From assembly GCA_963721805.1 (NCBI GenBank), contig CAVRJY010000006.1, positions 1-64,000 of the forward strand: a stretch of 64,000 bases of DNA. The letters are read 5' to 3'. The translations under genes were made by a program, and so were the position numbers. Shown one piece after another: positions 17,798 through 28,273 of this stretch (positions are counted from its first letter, which is position 1; each line of letters begins with the position of its first letter). Source of the DNA: Nitrospirota bacterium. Its GTDB lineage: Bacteria; Nitrospirota; Thermodesulfovibrionia; Thermodesulfovibrionales; JdFR-86. A model generated the notes under the pieces. That model had not been told where the DNA came from and ran no database searches. It worked only from the letters and a program-made list of their open reading frames with translations.

Positions 17798-18381
17798 CGT
17801 CCAGCCTCCTCGAAGCATGGTATGCAGACAATCCCTCCGCCGCTTAGCCTTGCGCGGCTTTCCATCGTCTTCTCGCCGCAGCGGCTGCACCGCACCGAGG
17901 GGTATATGCGCGCCGTGGGCGGCGGCTCGACTGTGAGCCTCCGCACGCTTAAGACTGTCTCCTCGGGCGCGTCGAGTATGGAAGCGATCTTCCGCGACTT
18001 GCGCTCGTGCACCACGCGCAGCACGTCCTCCGTGCGGTCGCCGGCGGAATACGCCGTCCATGCGGCCGTCTCCTCGGCGGTCTCGGCAGGCGGTTCCCAC
18101 GTTACAGCGATGCGCACCGCCTCGCCCGAGGGCCTGCGGATGAACGTGTATGCCTGCTTTCCGTAATCGCGGAAAAATAGGTTGCCCTTCCCGAACGTGC
18201 AGCCGGTCATCACCTGCACCGCGTCCACGGCGCACGAGTCGTTCTCGACTATAGCCACCAGTTCCTCGTCCTCGGCCCTGCGGCCAAGGGCACCAAGCGC
18301 CGCGGCCGCCACCCTGTAACCAAGCGCGAGCCCAGGGCAGACATGCCCGTGAAACCCGGCCACTTCCTCTATCGTTTTCAT
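17794..18381 (-). CDS. FmdE/FwdE-family protein with C-terminal zinc finger
   Basis: FHGHVCPGLALG, SCAVDAVQVMTGCTFGKGNL, CSRCGE..CIPC. Confidence 0.9.
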   Translation of the reverse strand: MKTIEEVAGFHGHVCPGLALGYRVAAAALGALGRRAEDEELVAIVENDSCAVDAVQVMTGCTFGKGNLFFRDYGKQAYTFIRRPSGEAVRIAVTWEPPAETAEETAAWTAYSAGDRTEDVLRVVHERKSRKIASILDAPEETVLSVRRLTVEPPPTARIYPSVRCSRCGEKTMESRARLSGGGIVCIPCFEEAGR

Positions 18382-18527
18382 GGGATACATTATATAACAC
18401 CTCCTGCGTTTTTCATCACCAATATCCGGGCAGCCCGCTCGTTCCGCGGCCTGTAGGGTCAGCGCGGCGTTTCAGCGCGCCGCCATATTTTCATTGAATT
18501 TTGCGGCCGCGTATACTATTGTAATAA

Positions 18528-19670
18528 ATGGTGGAGGGGTCCTATCTATTTTTAGCAGCGGTGTCGCTCGCCCTCGGACTGTCAGCAGGGTTCATCATGC
18601 ACCGCTCGGATTTCTGCATCGCCGGGGCCTTCAGGGACATCTTCCTTTTCAGGAGCGGCTTCATGTTCCGGATCATCCTGCTGCTCGTCGTCTCGACGAT
18701 GCTGCTGTTCGAGGCGGCGAGGCTCGCTGGGCTCCTCCCGCTCTACCCGTTCCCGCTGCTTTATTCCCCCACTCCCGCAAACCTCATCGGAGGGTTCATG
18801 TTCGGCGTCGGGATGGTGCTTGCGGGGGGCTGCGTGTTCGGGACCCTTTATAAGATGGGCGCCGGGAGCGTGCTCAGCGCGCTTGCTTTCGTGGGACTCG
18901 TCATCGGCAGCGCAATGTATGCAGAGCTGCAGCCTTACTGGGCCTCGTTCATCAAGACCACGACGTTTTTCTCAGGGACGATCACCCTGCCCCAGCTCCT
19001 TGGCATAAGTCCCACGGCAGTGGTGCTCACCGCCTCGGGCGCGGCAGGGTATTATTTCTATTCATCCCGCAAAAGTGGTGCGCTCGCCAGGCGCTCGAAC
19101 GCCGAGGGCTATCTGCAGCCCTGGAGGGCCGCGCTGATGCTCTCGGCGCTAAGCCTTCTCTCCTACGTACTGATCGGCATGCCGATGGGCGTGACATCCT
19201 CGTACGCCAAGCTGGCGGGATATGCCGAAGGGCTGTTCTCGCAGGATCACGTTGCGGGCCTCGCTTACTTCAAGGCCGTGCCGCTTAACTGCACCAACCC
19301 GCTGACCGGCATCCGGCTCGAGGGCGGCGGCGGCCCCGTAATCGACTCGATCGCCGCGATCCAGTTCCCCCTTGTGCTCGGCATAATCCTGGGGAGCGCG
19401 GCCTCGGCTCTCAGGCTCGGAGAGTTCAGGCTCAATTTCAGCGCCCCGCCCCGGCAGTACGTCTCGGCACTTGCCGGCGGGACCGCGATGGGCCTCGCCT
19501 CGAGGCTCGCGCCCACCTGCAACGTATGGCACCTGATGGGCGGGCTGCCGGTCCTTGCGATCTCGAGCATGCTTTTTTTCGTCGGGCTTCTGCCGGGCGC
19601 ATGGCTCGGCGGCAGGCTGCTTGTCAATCTCGTCATGAAAAACGGAGGATCTCAAATTGGACATAATTGA
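18528..19670 (+). CDS. YeeE/YedE-family sulfur-compound transporter
   Basis: Multi-TM; conserved Cys motifs RSDFC, LAGGC, LAPTC. Confidence 0.88.
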   Translation: MVEGSYLFLAAVSLALGLSAGFIMHRSDFCIAGAFRDIFLFRSGFMFRIILLLVVSTMLLFEAARLAGLLPLYPFPLLYSPTPANLIGGFMFGVGMVLAGGCVFGTLYKMGAGSVLSALAFVGLVIGSAMYAELQPYWASFIKTTTFFSGTITLPQLLGISPTAVVLTASGAAGYYFYSSRKSGALARRSNAEGYLQPWRAALMLSALSLLSYVLIGMPMGVTSSYAKLAGYAEGLFSQDHVAGLAYFKAVPLNCTNPLTGIRLEGGGGPVIDSIAAIQFPLVLGIILGSAASALRLGEFRLNFSAPPRQYVSALAGGTAMGLASRLAPTCNVWHLMGGLPVLAISSMLFFVGLLPGAWLGGRLLVNLVMKNGGSQIGHN

Positions 19671-19899
19671 ATACGACATCCGCGGCCAGATATGTCCGGC
19701 TACCCTGCTCTTTACGCTCAGGGAACTCAACTCCCATGCCTCAGGACTCCAGGACGGCACGCTGAAGATCTCGATCAGGACCGACAACCGTGACGCTATC
19801 ACTACGATCCCCGAGTCCGTCGACAACATGGGCTACGAGGTCTCGGTGAACAAGCACGACGGCTATTACCTGATCGAGATAACCGGATCGAAGGGCTGA
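19657..19899 (+). CDS. TusA/YeeD-family sulfur carrier
   Basis: DIRGQICP motif, 80 aa; SD GGAGG, TTG start overlapping yeeE. Confidence 0.85.
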   Translation: MDIIEYDIRGQICPATLLFTLRELNSHASGLQDGTLKISIRTDNRDAITTIPESVDNMGYEVSVNKHDGYYLIEITGSKG

Positions 19900-19905
19900 T
19901 CCGGC

Positions 19906-21546
19906 ATGGACGACAATAAAAGCCTCTCTGAGCTTGGAGAATCCGAACTGGAACTCCTAAGGGCGGAGAACGCCGAGCTGCGCCGCAGGTACGACAAGTC
20001 CATCCTGTACGTCAGGGACAAGGTCAACCAGCTGCTGGGCGTCATGGGCACCGCCCCGCTTCGGGCCGAGGAACTCGACGACCTGACGCTGATCGAGACC
20101 GACCCGATAGGGATCGTCAGCAACTCCTTCAGCCAGATACTGCGCCACCTCCACAGGACGAACGACAAGCTCCGCTTCGCAAAGGACGAGCTACAGGTCA
20201 TCTTCGATTCGGCAGGCATGGGGATACTGGTCGTGGACGAGGCGATGCGCATCACGGCCTATAACCGGAAGCTCGCGGAGATGTTCTTCCGAGGCCGGGG
20301 CAAGGTGGAGGGCCAGCCCTGCCAGTCCGCGGTCTGCAACATAGACAGCCACAAGGTGGGCTGCGTATTCAGCGAGATATTCAAAAACGGCCACAGCGTC
20401 TCGATCGAGCGGTGGGTGCTCGGGGAGCGCTACTTCAATATCGTTGGCACCCCGATCAGCGACGCGAAGGGACGCGTCACCAGCGTCGTCATCGTGTACA
20501 TGGACATCACCGAGCTTACCGACGCCGAAAGCTCCCTCAGAAAGAGCGAGGAGCGGTACCGCGACCTGTTCGAAAACGCGAGCGACCTCATCCAGAGCGT
20601 CGGGCCGGAGGGCTCGATACTCTATGTAAACAGGGCATGGCGCGAGGCGATGGGCTACGGCGAGGACGAGATCACGGACCTTTCGATCTTCGACATCATC
20701 CACCCTGACTGCATGAGCTGCGGCCCTGATTTCAAGAGCGTGGTATACGGCGAGAAGACAGGCCGCATCGAGACCGTCTTCCTTACGAAGGACGGGATGG
20801 AGATCATCGTCGAGGGCAACGTGAACTCGGTCTTCGAAGACGGCAGGTTCAGCGGCACCAGGGGCATCTTCCGGGACATAACCCTCCGCAAGCGGATCGA
20901 GGCGAAGGTCGAGCGCTCGCTGCGCGAGAAAGAGGTGCTCCTGAGCGAGGTCCACCACCGCGTCAAGAACAACATGGCGATCATCTCAGCGCTGCTCAAG
21001 ATGCAGTCGGCGCACGTCGAGGACCCAGAGGGCAGGCAGATGCTGCTTGAGTGCCGTTCGCGCATCAAGTCCATGGCCCTAGTGCACGAGAAGCTCTACC
21101 AGACGAGCGACTTCTCGAACATCGTGCTGCAGGACTACGTGCAGTCCCTCATACAGAGCATCAGGGACATGTTTACGGTGAAGCAGGAATTCACGATCAA
21201 GGCCGACGCCGAGGGCATAACGCTGAACATCGACGCCCTGATACCCTGCGGCCTGATAATAAACGAGCTTGTCACAAACGCCCTGAAATACGCCTTCGAA
21301 GGCGATGGCCCCTTCGAGATCGAGGTTCTGTTCAGGGAGTCCGCGGACGGCATGATCGTCCTGAGCGTCTCGGACAACGGCAAGGGGCTGCCGGAGGGCG
21401 TCGGCCTTTCGGACTTGAAGGCGCTCGGGTTTCAGATCATAAGGGCGCTATCCAGCCAGCTTGACGCCGAGGTCACGATCCTGAGGGATAGCGGCACGAC
21501 GTTCAACTTCACGTTCCCGATAGCGCGCGGCCAGGGCCCCGGCTGA
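19906..21546 (+). CDS. Cytoplasmic PAS-PAS HisKA_2 histidine kinase
   Basis: No TM; two PAS; EVHHRVKNNM, GLIINELVTNALKYAF, DNGKG. Confidence 0.9.
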   Translation: MDDNKSLSELGESELELLRAENAELRRRYDKSILYVRDKVNQLLGVMGTAPLRAEELDDLTLIETDPIGIVSNSFSQILRHLHRTNDKLRFAKDELQVIFDSAGMGILVVDEAMRITAYNRKLAEMFFRGRGKVEGQPCQSAVCNIDSHKVGCVFSEIFKNGHSVSIERWVLGERYFNIVGTPISDAKGRVTSVVIVYMDITELTDAESSLRKSEERYRDLFENASDLIQSVGPEGSILYVNRAWREAMGYGEDEITDLSIFDIIHPDCMSCGPDFKSVVYGEKTGRIETVFLTKDGMEIIVEGNVNSVFEDGRFSGTRGIFRDITLRKRIEAKVERSLREKEVLLSEVHHRVKNNMAIISALLKMQSAHVEDPEGRQMLLECRSRIKSMALVHEKLYQTSDFSNIVLQDYVQSLIQSIRDMFTVKQEFTIKADAEGITLNIDALIPCGLIINELVTNALKYAFEGDGPFEIEVLFRESADGMIVLSVSDNGKGLPEGVGLSDLKALGFQIIRALSSQLDAEVTILRDSGTTFNFTFPIARGQGPG

Positions 21547-21669
21547 GCCGGGGGCATGTGCGCCGTTGTGCGGCTTAGGCTCGAGAATATTGCAATATCA
21601 AGACGGCTGCTTTATACTGAACCTTCCTATGAATCTATCGCGATGCGAAAGAAACAGGTGCCATAACCG

Positions 21670-22221
21670 ATGAAGCTCAAGGAACTCATGCTCTCGGGGG
21701 CTTATCTCATAGAGCCCAAAAGAGACAAGGACACCGCCTGCGACACGCTCGAGGTCTTCGCGTCCGAGGCATACTCAAGGCACGGCCTCGAGGCCGAGTT
21801 CAAGCGGATGCACCACTTCCATGTCCCCCAGAAGGCCACCGTGCACGGCCTGACGTACCAGCTTGAACCGATGGCCGAAAACCGCCTTTTCTGGTGCAGC
21901 CGCGGCTCGCTCTATAGCGTCATAATCGACCTCAGGGCCGGTTCGCCGACGTTCGAGGTCTTCTACGGCCTCGAACTAAGAGGCGAGCTCTGGCAGATGA
22001 TGTATATACCCAAAGGCTTCGCACACGGATTCCTGACGCTCGAGGACGATACCGAGGCGATGCGCCTCTCATCAGCCCCTTTCTCGAAGGAGCATATGCG
22101 CGGCATCCGGTTCAACGACCGGAAGTTCCGCATTCAGTGGCCCACGAACCCGCGCACGGTCAGCCTGCATGACCGCCGCTACCCGGACTACACGCCCGCA
22201 AGCCACCTCGCGCCGCAGTAA
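21670..22221 (+). CDS. RmlC-like (dTDP-sugar 3,5-epimerase family) protein with divergent active site
   Basis: IIDLRAGSPTF, YIPKGFAHGFLTLEDDTE, IRFND..IQWP. Confidence 0.75.
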   Translation: MKLKELMLSGAYLIEPKRDKDTACDTLEVFASEAYSRHGLEAEFKRMHHFHVPQKATVHGLTYQLEPMAENRLFWCSRGSLYSVIIDLRAGSPTFEVFYGLELRGELWQMMYIPKGFAHGFLTLEDDTEAMRLSSAPFSKEHMRGIRFNDRKFRIQWPTNPRTVSLHDRRYPDYTPASHLAPQ

Positions 22222-22325
22222 GGCTTATAGCCGCATAATATTGCTTAATCTATTGATTTTTTTCGTATCTTAAGTTAGGCTATTAACTCTTGGTAATATC
22301 TACCTATTAACGGAGGCCTTGAACG

Positions 22326-25171
22326 ATGGCTAAACTTGCCAAAAAAGCGACCGCGAAGCAGACCGCCAAAAAAACCGCCGCAAAGAAGAAACCCTCCAGG
22401 GCGCCGAAATACGTATACTCGTTCGGCGGCGGCAAGGCCGACGGAAACGAATCGATGAAGAACCTCCTCGGCGGCAAGGGCGCGAACCTGGCCGAGATGG
22501 CCGGACACCCGTCGCTCAGGCTGCCGGTGCCTCCGGGCTTCACGATCACGACCGAGGTCTGCACCTACTACTACGAGAACAAGCAGACCTACCCCAAGGA
22601 ACTGAAGGCACAGGTCAGCTACCGCGCTCGCGGCCGTCGAGAAGCTCATGGGCAAGAAATTCGGCGACCCCACCAACCCGCTTCTCGTCTCGGTGCGCTC
22701 CGGCGCGCGCAAGTCCATGCCCGGCATGATGGAGACGGTCCTCAACGTCGGCCTGACGACCAAGACGATCCCCGGCCTGATCACAGAACACCGGCAACGA
22801 GCGCTTCGTCTACGACGCCTACCGCCGCCTGATCATGATGTACTCCGACGTGGTCATGGAAAAGGCCGCGGGCATCGAGCCCAAGGGCAAAGGCATCCGC
22901 AAGGTGCTCGACGAGCACCTCGAGCACGTCAAGAAATCCAAGGGCTACACGTCCGACACCGACCTGACCGCCGAGGACCTCAAACAGCTCTGCACCGATT
23001 TCAAGCACACAGTGCAGGAGGTCCTCGGCAAGCCCTTCCCCGACGACCACATGGAGCAGCTCTGGGGCGGCATCAGCGCGGTCTTCGCGAGCTGGAACGG
23101 CAAGCGCGCCATCGAGTACCGCCGCATCGAGAAGATCCCGGACGAGTGGGGCACGGCGGTCAACGTCCAGTCGATGGTCTTCGGCAACATGGGCGACGAC
23201 TGCGCCACCGGCGTGGCCTTCACCCGCAACCCCGGCAACGGCGAAAACCAGTTCTACGGCGAGTATCTGGTCAACGCCCAGGGCGAGGACGTGGTCGCCG
23301 GCATCCGCACCCCCGCGCCCGATCAACGAATACTCCAAGAACGACCAGAGCGCGCACCTGCCCACGCTCGAGCAGCTCATGCCGAACCTCTACAAGGAGC
23401 TCTACGGCTATCCAGAGGCGGCTCGAGAAGCACTACAAGGACATGCAGGACATCGAGTTCACGATCGAGAAGGGCCGCCTGTTCATGCTCCAGTGCCGCG
23501 TCGGCAAGCGCAACGGCATGGCCGCGGTGCGCATGGCCGTCGAGATGCAGAAGGAGAAGCTGATCGACGCCGCGACCGCCGTCATGCGCGTCGCGCCGAA
23601 CCAGCTCGTCGAGCTCCTGCTGCCGATGATCGACCCGAAGGCCGAGCTGACGACCCACGCCGATCGCCAAGGGTCTCCCGGCCGGTCCGGGCGGCGCCAA
23701 GGGCCGCGCGGTCTTCACCTCCAAGGACGCGGTCGAATGGGCCGCGCGCGGCGAGAAGGTCATTCTCGTCCGCGAAGAGACCTCGCCCGAGGACGTCGAC
23801 GGCATGCACAAGGCCCAGGCCATCCTCACCAGCAAGGGCGGCATGACCTCGCACGCGGCGCTCGTCGCGCGCGGCTGGGGCAAGTGCTGCATCGTCGGCT
23901 GCGCCGACATCGAGATCGCCCACGACGACAAGTCCTTCACGACCAAGAGCGGCGCCGTGGTCAAGGAAGGCGACTGGATCACGCCTCAACGGCACCAAGG
24001 GCCTCGTCTACACGGGCGAGCTGCCGCTCGTGGACGTCGACCTCGACCACAACAACCCATTACAAGGAGCTCATGAAGCTCGTCGGACAAGTTCCGCGAA
24101 GCTGAAGGTCCGCACCAACGCCGACACGCCCAAGGACGCCGCGCAGGCGATCAAGTTCGGCGCCGAGGGCATCGGCCTCTTCCGCACCGAGCACATGTTC
24201 TACGGCGAGGGCAGCGACAAGCCGCTGTTCCTGCTCCGCAAGATGATCATGAGCAAGACGCTCGACGGAGCGCCGCAAGGCGCTCGACGAGCTCTTCCCG
24301 TTCGTGAAGAACGACATCAAGGCCACGATGGAGGTCATGAACGGCCTGCCGGTCACCATCCGCCTGCTCGATCCGCCGCTGCACGAGTTCGTCCCGCACG
24401 AGCGCCGGACACGCTGAAGGCGCCTGGCCGACGCGCTCGGCATCGACATCGACGACCTCGAGAAACGCGCCGAGGGCCTGCACGAGAACAACCCGATGCT
24501 CGGCCACCGCGGCGTCCGCCTCGGCATCACCTACCCCGAGATCACCGAGATGCAGGTCCGCGCGATCCTGGAAGCCGCCGGCGAGCTCATCAAGGCCGGC
24601 AAGAAGGCCCTCCCCGAGATCATGATCCCGGTCACCTGCGCCGTTACCGAACTCAACCACCAGAAGGCGATCGTCGACAGGGTCTACGCCGAGACCTGCA
24701 AGAAGCTCGGCCTGAAGAAGATCCCCTACATGTACGGCACGATGATCGAGATCCCGCGCGCCGCGCTTCAGGCCGCGAGCATGGCCGAGACGGCCGAGTT
24801 CTTCACCTTCGGCACGAACGACCTCACGCAGATGAGCTTCGGCTTCAGCCGCGACGACATCGGCTCGTTCCTGCCCGATTACCTGACGGACAAGATCCTG
24901 CCCGGCGACCCGTTCCAGACGCATCGACCAGGACGGCATCGGCGAGCTGATCCGGTTCGGCATCGACCGCGGCCGCTCGGCCAAGCGCGACCTCAAGGTC
25001 GGCATCTGCGGCGAGCACGGCGGCGACCCCGACAGCGTGAAGTTCTGCCTCGAGGTCGGGATGAACTACGTCAGCTGCTCACCGTTCCGCGTGCCGATCG
25101 CCCGCTTCGCCGCGGCCCAGGCCTCGATCAAGAAGAAGGCCGCGCCCAAGAAGGCGGCCAAGAAGAAATAA
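22326..25171 (+). pseudogene. ppdK: Pyruvate phosphate dikinase, fragmented by ~14 single-base insertions (probably assembly artefact)
   Basis: [71 protein letters not shown] spread in order across frames. Confidence 0.92.
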
Positions 25172-25199
25172 TAGCAGTCCGTATCAGCGCGAGCTGCCG

Positions 25200-25226
25200 A
25201 AGGGCCCCTATACGGGGCCCTTTTTT
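25200..25226 (+). terminator. Intrinsic terminator after ppdK
   Basis: AAGGGCCCC-TATAC-GGGGCCCTTTTTT. Confidence 0.85.
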
Positions 25227-25318
25227 GTATTGGACGCTGTCTTCTATCCTATCGGATCATCTGCTAATTCGAACTTTATCTTGCAAATCCCGGCGCGATT
25301 GTATTTAATTTATATATC

Positions 25319-25894
25319 ATGCCGGCAAAGAGCGCGCAGAAATATATCACAGAACTGCACAAGAGGCAGCGCGACCTATCGGCGTGGCCGGACTTCCTCA
25401 CAGGCCTGCCGGACCGGTACGCCGTGCTCCGCGCGATCGACGACGCATACGCACAGCTTCAGGCAAAGTCGATCTCTTATCTGCGCATCGCGAACATCCA
25501 CCCGTATCTGCTTAAGTACGGCACCGACCGCCATATCCCGATCATCGAGTGGTGCGCGGCGATCCTGAAGGTCACGGCCGACAAGTACGGCTTCTTCGTC
25601 GGCGCGTATGACACGCACGACTTCGTGGCCATCGGGCCGCGGGAAAAGACCGAGGCGTTCCTCTCTGAGGTCACTGCCGAGTTCGCGAAGAAGGCCCTCA
25701 CGTTCTACAGCAAGGACGACGCCGGGCGGCGGCACTTCCTCTCGTTTCGGCGCGGGGCGGAGGAGGTGAACATCGGCCACATGAAGCTGATATATTCCAC
25801 GGTCGGCGGCTCTTCGGGACTGCCGAAGGCCCAGATGGTGCTCTATCTTTCCTCGATGTGCGCTGAATCCGAAAACGCCGAATCTTCCGGGTAA
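25319..25894 (+). CDS. Degenerate GGDEF-like (nucleotide cyclase fold) protein
   Basis: DFLTGLP motif, YLLKYG, FVGAYDTHDFVAI at the GGDDF position. Confidence 0.55.
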   Translation: MPAKSAQKYITELHKRQRDLSAWPDFLTGLPDRYAVLRAIDDAYAQLQAKSISYLRIANIHPYLLKYGTDRHIPIIEWCAAILKVTADKYGFFVGAYDTHDFVAIGPREKTEAFLSEVTAEFAKKALTFYSKDDAGRRHFLSFRRGAEEVNIGHMKLIYSTVGGSSGLPKAQMVLYLSSMCAESENAESSG

Positions 25895-25977
25895 GCCCGG
25901 CGGATTCCTCCCGCGGCCCGGGCCGCCGTTGTCCGCCGATGGGCGCTTCACCCCTCAACTGTGATAAAATGTTGCAC

Positions 25978-27642
25978 TTGAAAACGAACGGCAAACTCAG
26001 GATAATCCCCCTCGGCGGCGTCGAGGAAGTAGGCGGCCTCAACATGACCGTCATGGAATACGGCAATGACATGATAGTCATCGACGCCGGCCTCATGTTC
26101 CCGGAAGAGGACATGCTCGGCGTCGACTACGTCATCCCGGATTTCACCTATATCATCGAAAACAAGGACCGCCTGCGCGCTATCATCCTCACGCACGGCC
26201 ACGAAGACCACACCGGCGCCCTTCCCTTCCTGCTCCGCGAGGTCTCGGCCCCGGTCTACGCCACCGCGCTCACGCTGGGGCTGGTCCAGGAAAAGCTCAA
26301 GGAGTACAACCTCACGAAGGTCCGCCTGAGCGTGGTCTCGCCGCGCGACGTGGTCAGGCTCGGGGCTTTCGCGGTCGAGTTCATCCGCGTGACCCACAGC
26401 ATCGTCGACGGCGTCGCGCTCGGCATCACCACGCCTGTAGGGCGCGTCGTCCACACCGGGGATTTCAAGATCGACCCCACGCCTGTGGACGGCCAGCTGC
26501 TGGACTTCCACAGGTTTACGGATTACGGCGAGAAGGGCACGCTGCTGCTGCTTAGCGACAGCACCAACGCGGAGAAGGGCGGCTTCACGTTCTCCGAAAA
26601 AGAGGTCAGCCGCGCGCTAGGGGGCATATTCCAGAACGCCAAGGGCCGCATAATACTCTCTACGTTCGCCTCCAACATCCACCGCATCCAGCAGGCCATC
26701 GACGCGGCCATCGCAAACGGCCGCAGGGTCGTCTTCTGCGGCCGCAGCATCGAGAACAACGCGCGCATCGCGCTGGAGCTGGGATATCTCAAGATCCCGC
26801 GCGAGACATGGATCATGCTCGACGAGATGCGCGACTTCGGCGACCACGAGCTGCTGCTCATAACGACCGGCAGCCAGGGCGAGCCGATGAGCGTGCTGTC
26901 GCGCATCGCCACGGGCGAGCACAAGCAGATCAAGATCCGCGAGGGCGACACCGTCGTGCTCTCGGCCAAGATGATCCCCGGCAACGAGCGCTCGATAGGG
27001 CGGATCATCAACCGCCTGTTCAAGCACGGCGCGAACGTGATCCACGAGAAGGTCTCGGAGATCCACGTCTCGGGCCACGCCTCAAAGGAAGAGCTCAAGC
27101 TCATGCTCAACCTCGTGCACCCGCGCTACTTCATGCCGATACACGGCGAGTACCGCCACCTCGTGACGCACTCCAAACTCGCCCTCAAGCAGGGCATACC
27201 GCAGGACAACATCTTCATACTCGACAACGGCGACGTCCTCGAACTCGACCACGACGGCGCGAGGAAGCACGGCAAGGTCCCGACCGGCCGCGTGTATATC
27301 GACGGCAAGGGCGGGGGAGACGTCGAGGAGATGGTGCTCCGCGACCGCCGGAGGCTCGGCTACGGCGGCATGGTGCTCGTCCTGATGAACATCCAAAAGA
27401 CCACCGGACAGATCGTCTCGGGGCCGGACATAATAACCAAGGGCTTCATCTTCGAAGACACCTCGCAGGAGGTCCTGGACGAGATCCGAGCCCTGATCGT
27501 CGCAACCGTGCAGGGGCTCGACCGCGAGGTCACCTCCGACGTCTCGCTGGTGCAGGACCGCGTCAGGACCGCGCTTAAGAAGCACTTCCGCAACAAGATG
27601 GACCGAAAGCCGATGGTCATGCCGCTGGTCTTCGAGGTCTGA
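25978..27642 (+). CDS. rnj: Ribonuclease J
   Basis: PLGGVEEVG, THGHEDH, HTGDFK, TGSQGEP, HVSGHA, PIHGEYR; start uncertain (25969/25978). Confidence 0.95.
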   Translation: MKTNGKLRIIPLGGVEEVGGLNMTVMEYGNDMIVIDAGLMFPEEDMLGVDYVIPDFTYIIENKDRLRAIILTHGHEDHTGALPFLLREVSAPVYATALTLGLVQEKLKEYNLTKVRLSVVSPRDVVRLGAFAVEFIRVTHSIVDGVALGITTPVGRVVHTGDFKIDPTPVDGQLLDFHRFTDYGEKGTLLLLSDSTNAEKGGFTFSEKEVSRALGGIFQNAKGRIILSTFASNIHRIQQAIDAAIANGRRVVFCGRSIENNARIALELGYLKIPRETWIMLDEMRDFGDHELLLITTGSQGEPMSVLSRIATGEHKQIKIREGDTVVLSAKMIPGNERSIGRIINRLFKHGANVIHEKVSEIHVSGHASKEELKLMLNLVHPRYFMPIHGEYRHLVTHSKLALKQGIPQDNIFILDNGDVLELDHDGARKHGKVPTGRVYIDGKGGGDVEEMVLRDRRRLGYGGMVLVLMNIQKTTGQIVSGPDIITKGFIFEDTSQEVLDEIRALIVATVQGLDREVTSDVSLVQDRVRTALKKHFRNKMDRKPMVMPLVFEV

Positions 27643-27661
27643 CGCCCTCCTTCCCCTTCAT

Positions 27662-28273
27662 ATGGACCCGTTATCAAGGGAATGCCTCAACAAATTCTAC
27701 GACACCGGCCTCTCGCTATTCGGCGACAGGCCGGAAGCCCTGCGCTGGAGCGCCGAGGGCCAGAGGCGGCGCTTCGAGCTGATGCTCCGCGAGGCCGGGC
27801 CGCTCGATGGCGCTTCGGTGCTGGATTACGGCTGCGGCAAGGGCGACCTGCTCGGGTATCTCCTGCGCAAGGGCGTCAGCCCCAGGTATACCGGAATGGA
27901 CATCAACCCGAGCCTTATCAAGCTCGCCTCCTCCAAATACCCGCTGGGGCGATTCGAGGTCCGCGACGCCGAGGACGAGCCGCCGGTCGAGGACTTCGAC
28001 TACGTATTCATCTGCGGCGTTTTCAACAACAAGATAGTGGACGCCGACCGAACGATGCGAAACGTAGTCTCAATCTTATACCGGCGCACGAGGCTCGCCC
28101 TGATCTTCAACGCCCTGTCTTCGCGCACCAACCGGGATGAACCCGACATCCACCTGACCGACCCCGCAGCCACGCTCGCTTTCATCCGTTGCGAACTCAC
28201 CGATCAGGCCACCGCTATCGAAGAGGACATTCCCGGCGATGTCCTGTATGTCCTCAAGGGGCCCGGCGCATGA
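27662..28273 (+). CDS. Class I SAM-dependent methyltransferase
   Basis: SVLDYGCGKGD, YTGMDIN, FDYVFICGVFN. Confidence 0.85.
   Translation: MDPLSRECLNKFYDTGLSLFGDRPEALRWSAEGQRRRFELMLREAGPLDGASVLDYGCGKGDLLGYLLRKGVSPRYTGMDINPSLIKLASSKYPLGRFEVRDAEDEPPVEDFDYVFICGVFNNKIVDADRTMRNVVSILYRRTRLALIFNALSSRTNRDEPDIHLTDPAATLAFIRCELTDQATAIEEDIPGDVLYVLKGPGA

Noticed and set aside
17798..18400. 200-aa N-terminal extension of ArgB (497-aa ORF)
   Set aside because: Alternate frame of the FmdE gene; ArgB homology starts at 17797
22326..25308. Several separate genes or programmed frameshifting in ppdK
   Set aside because: Fragments are colinear pieces of one enzyme; shift sites lack consistent slippery motifs
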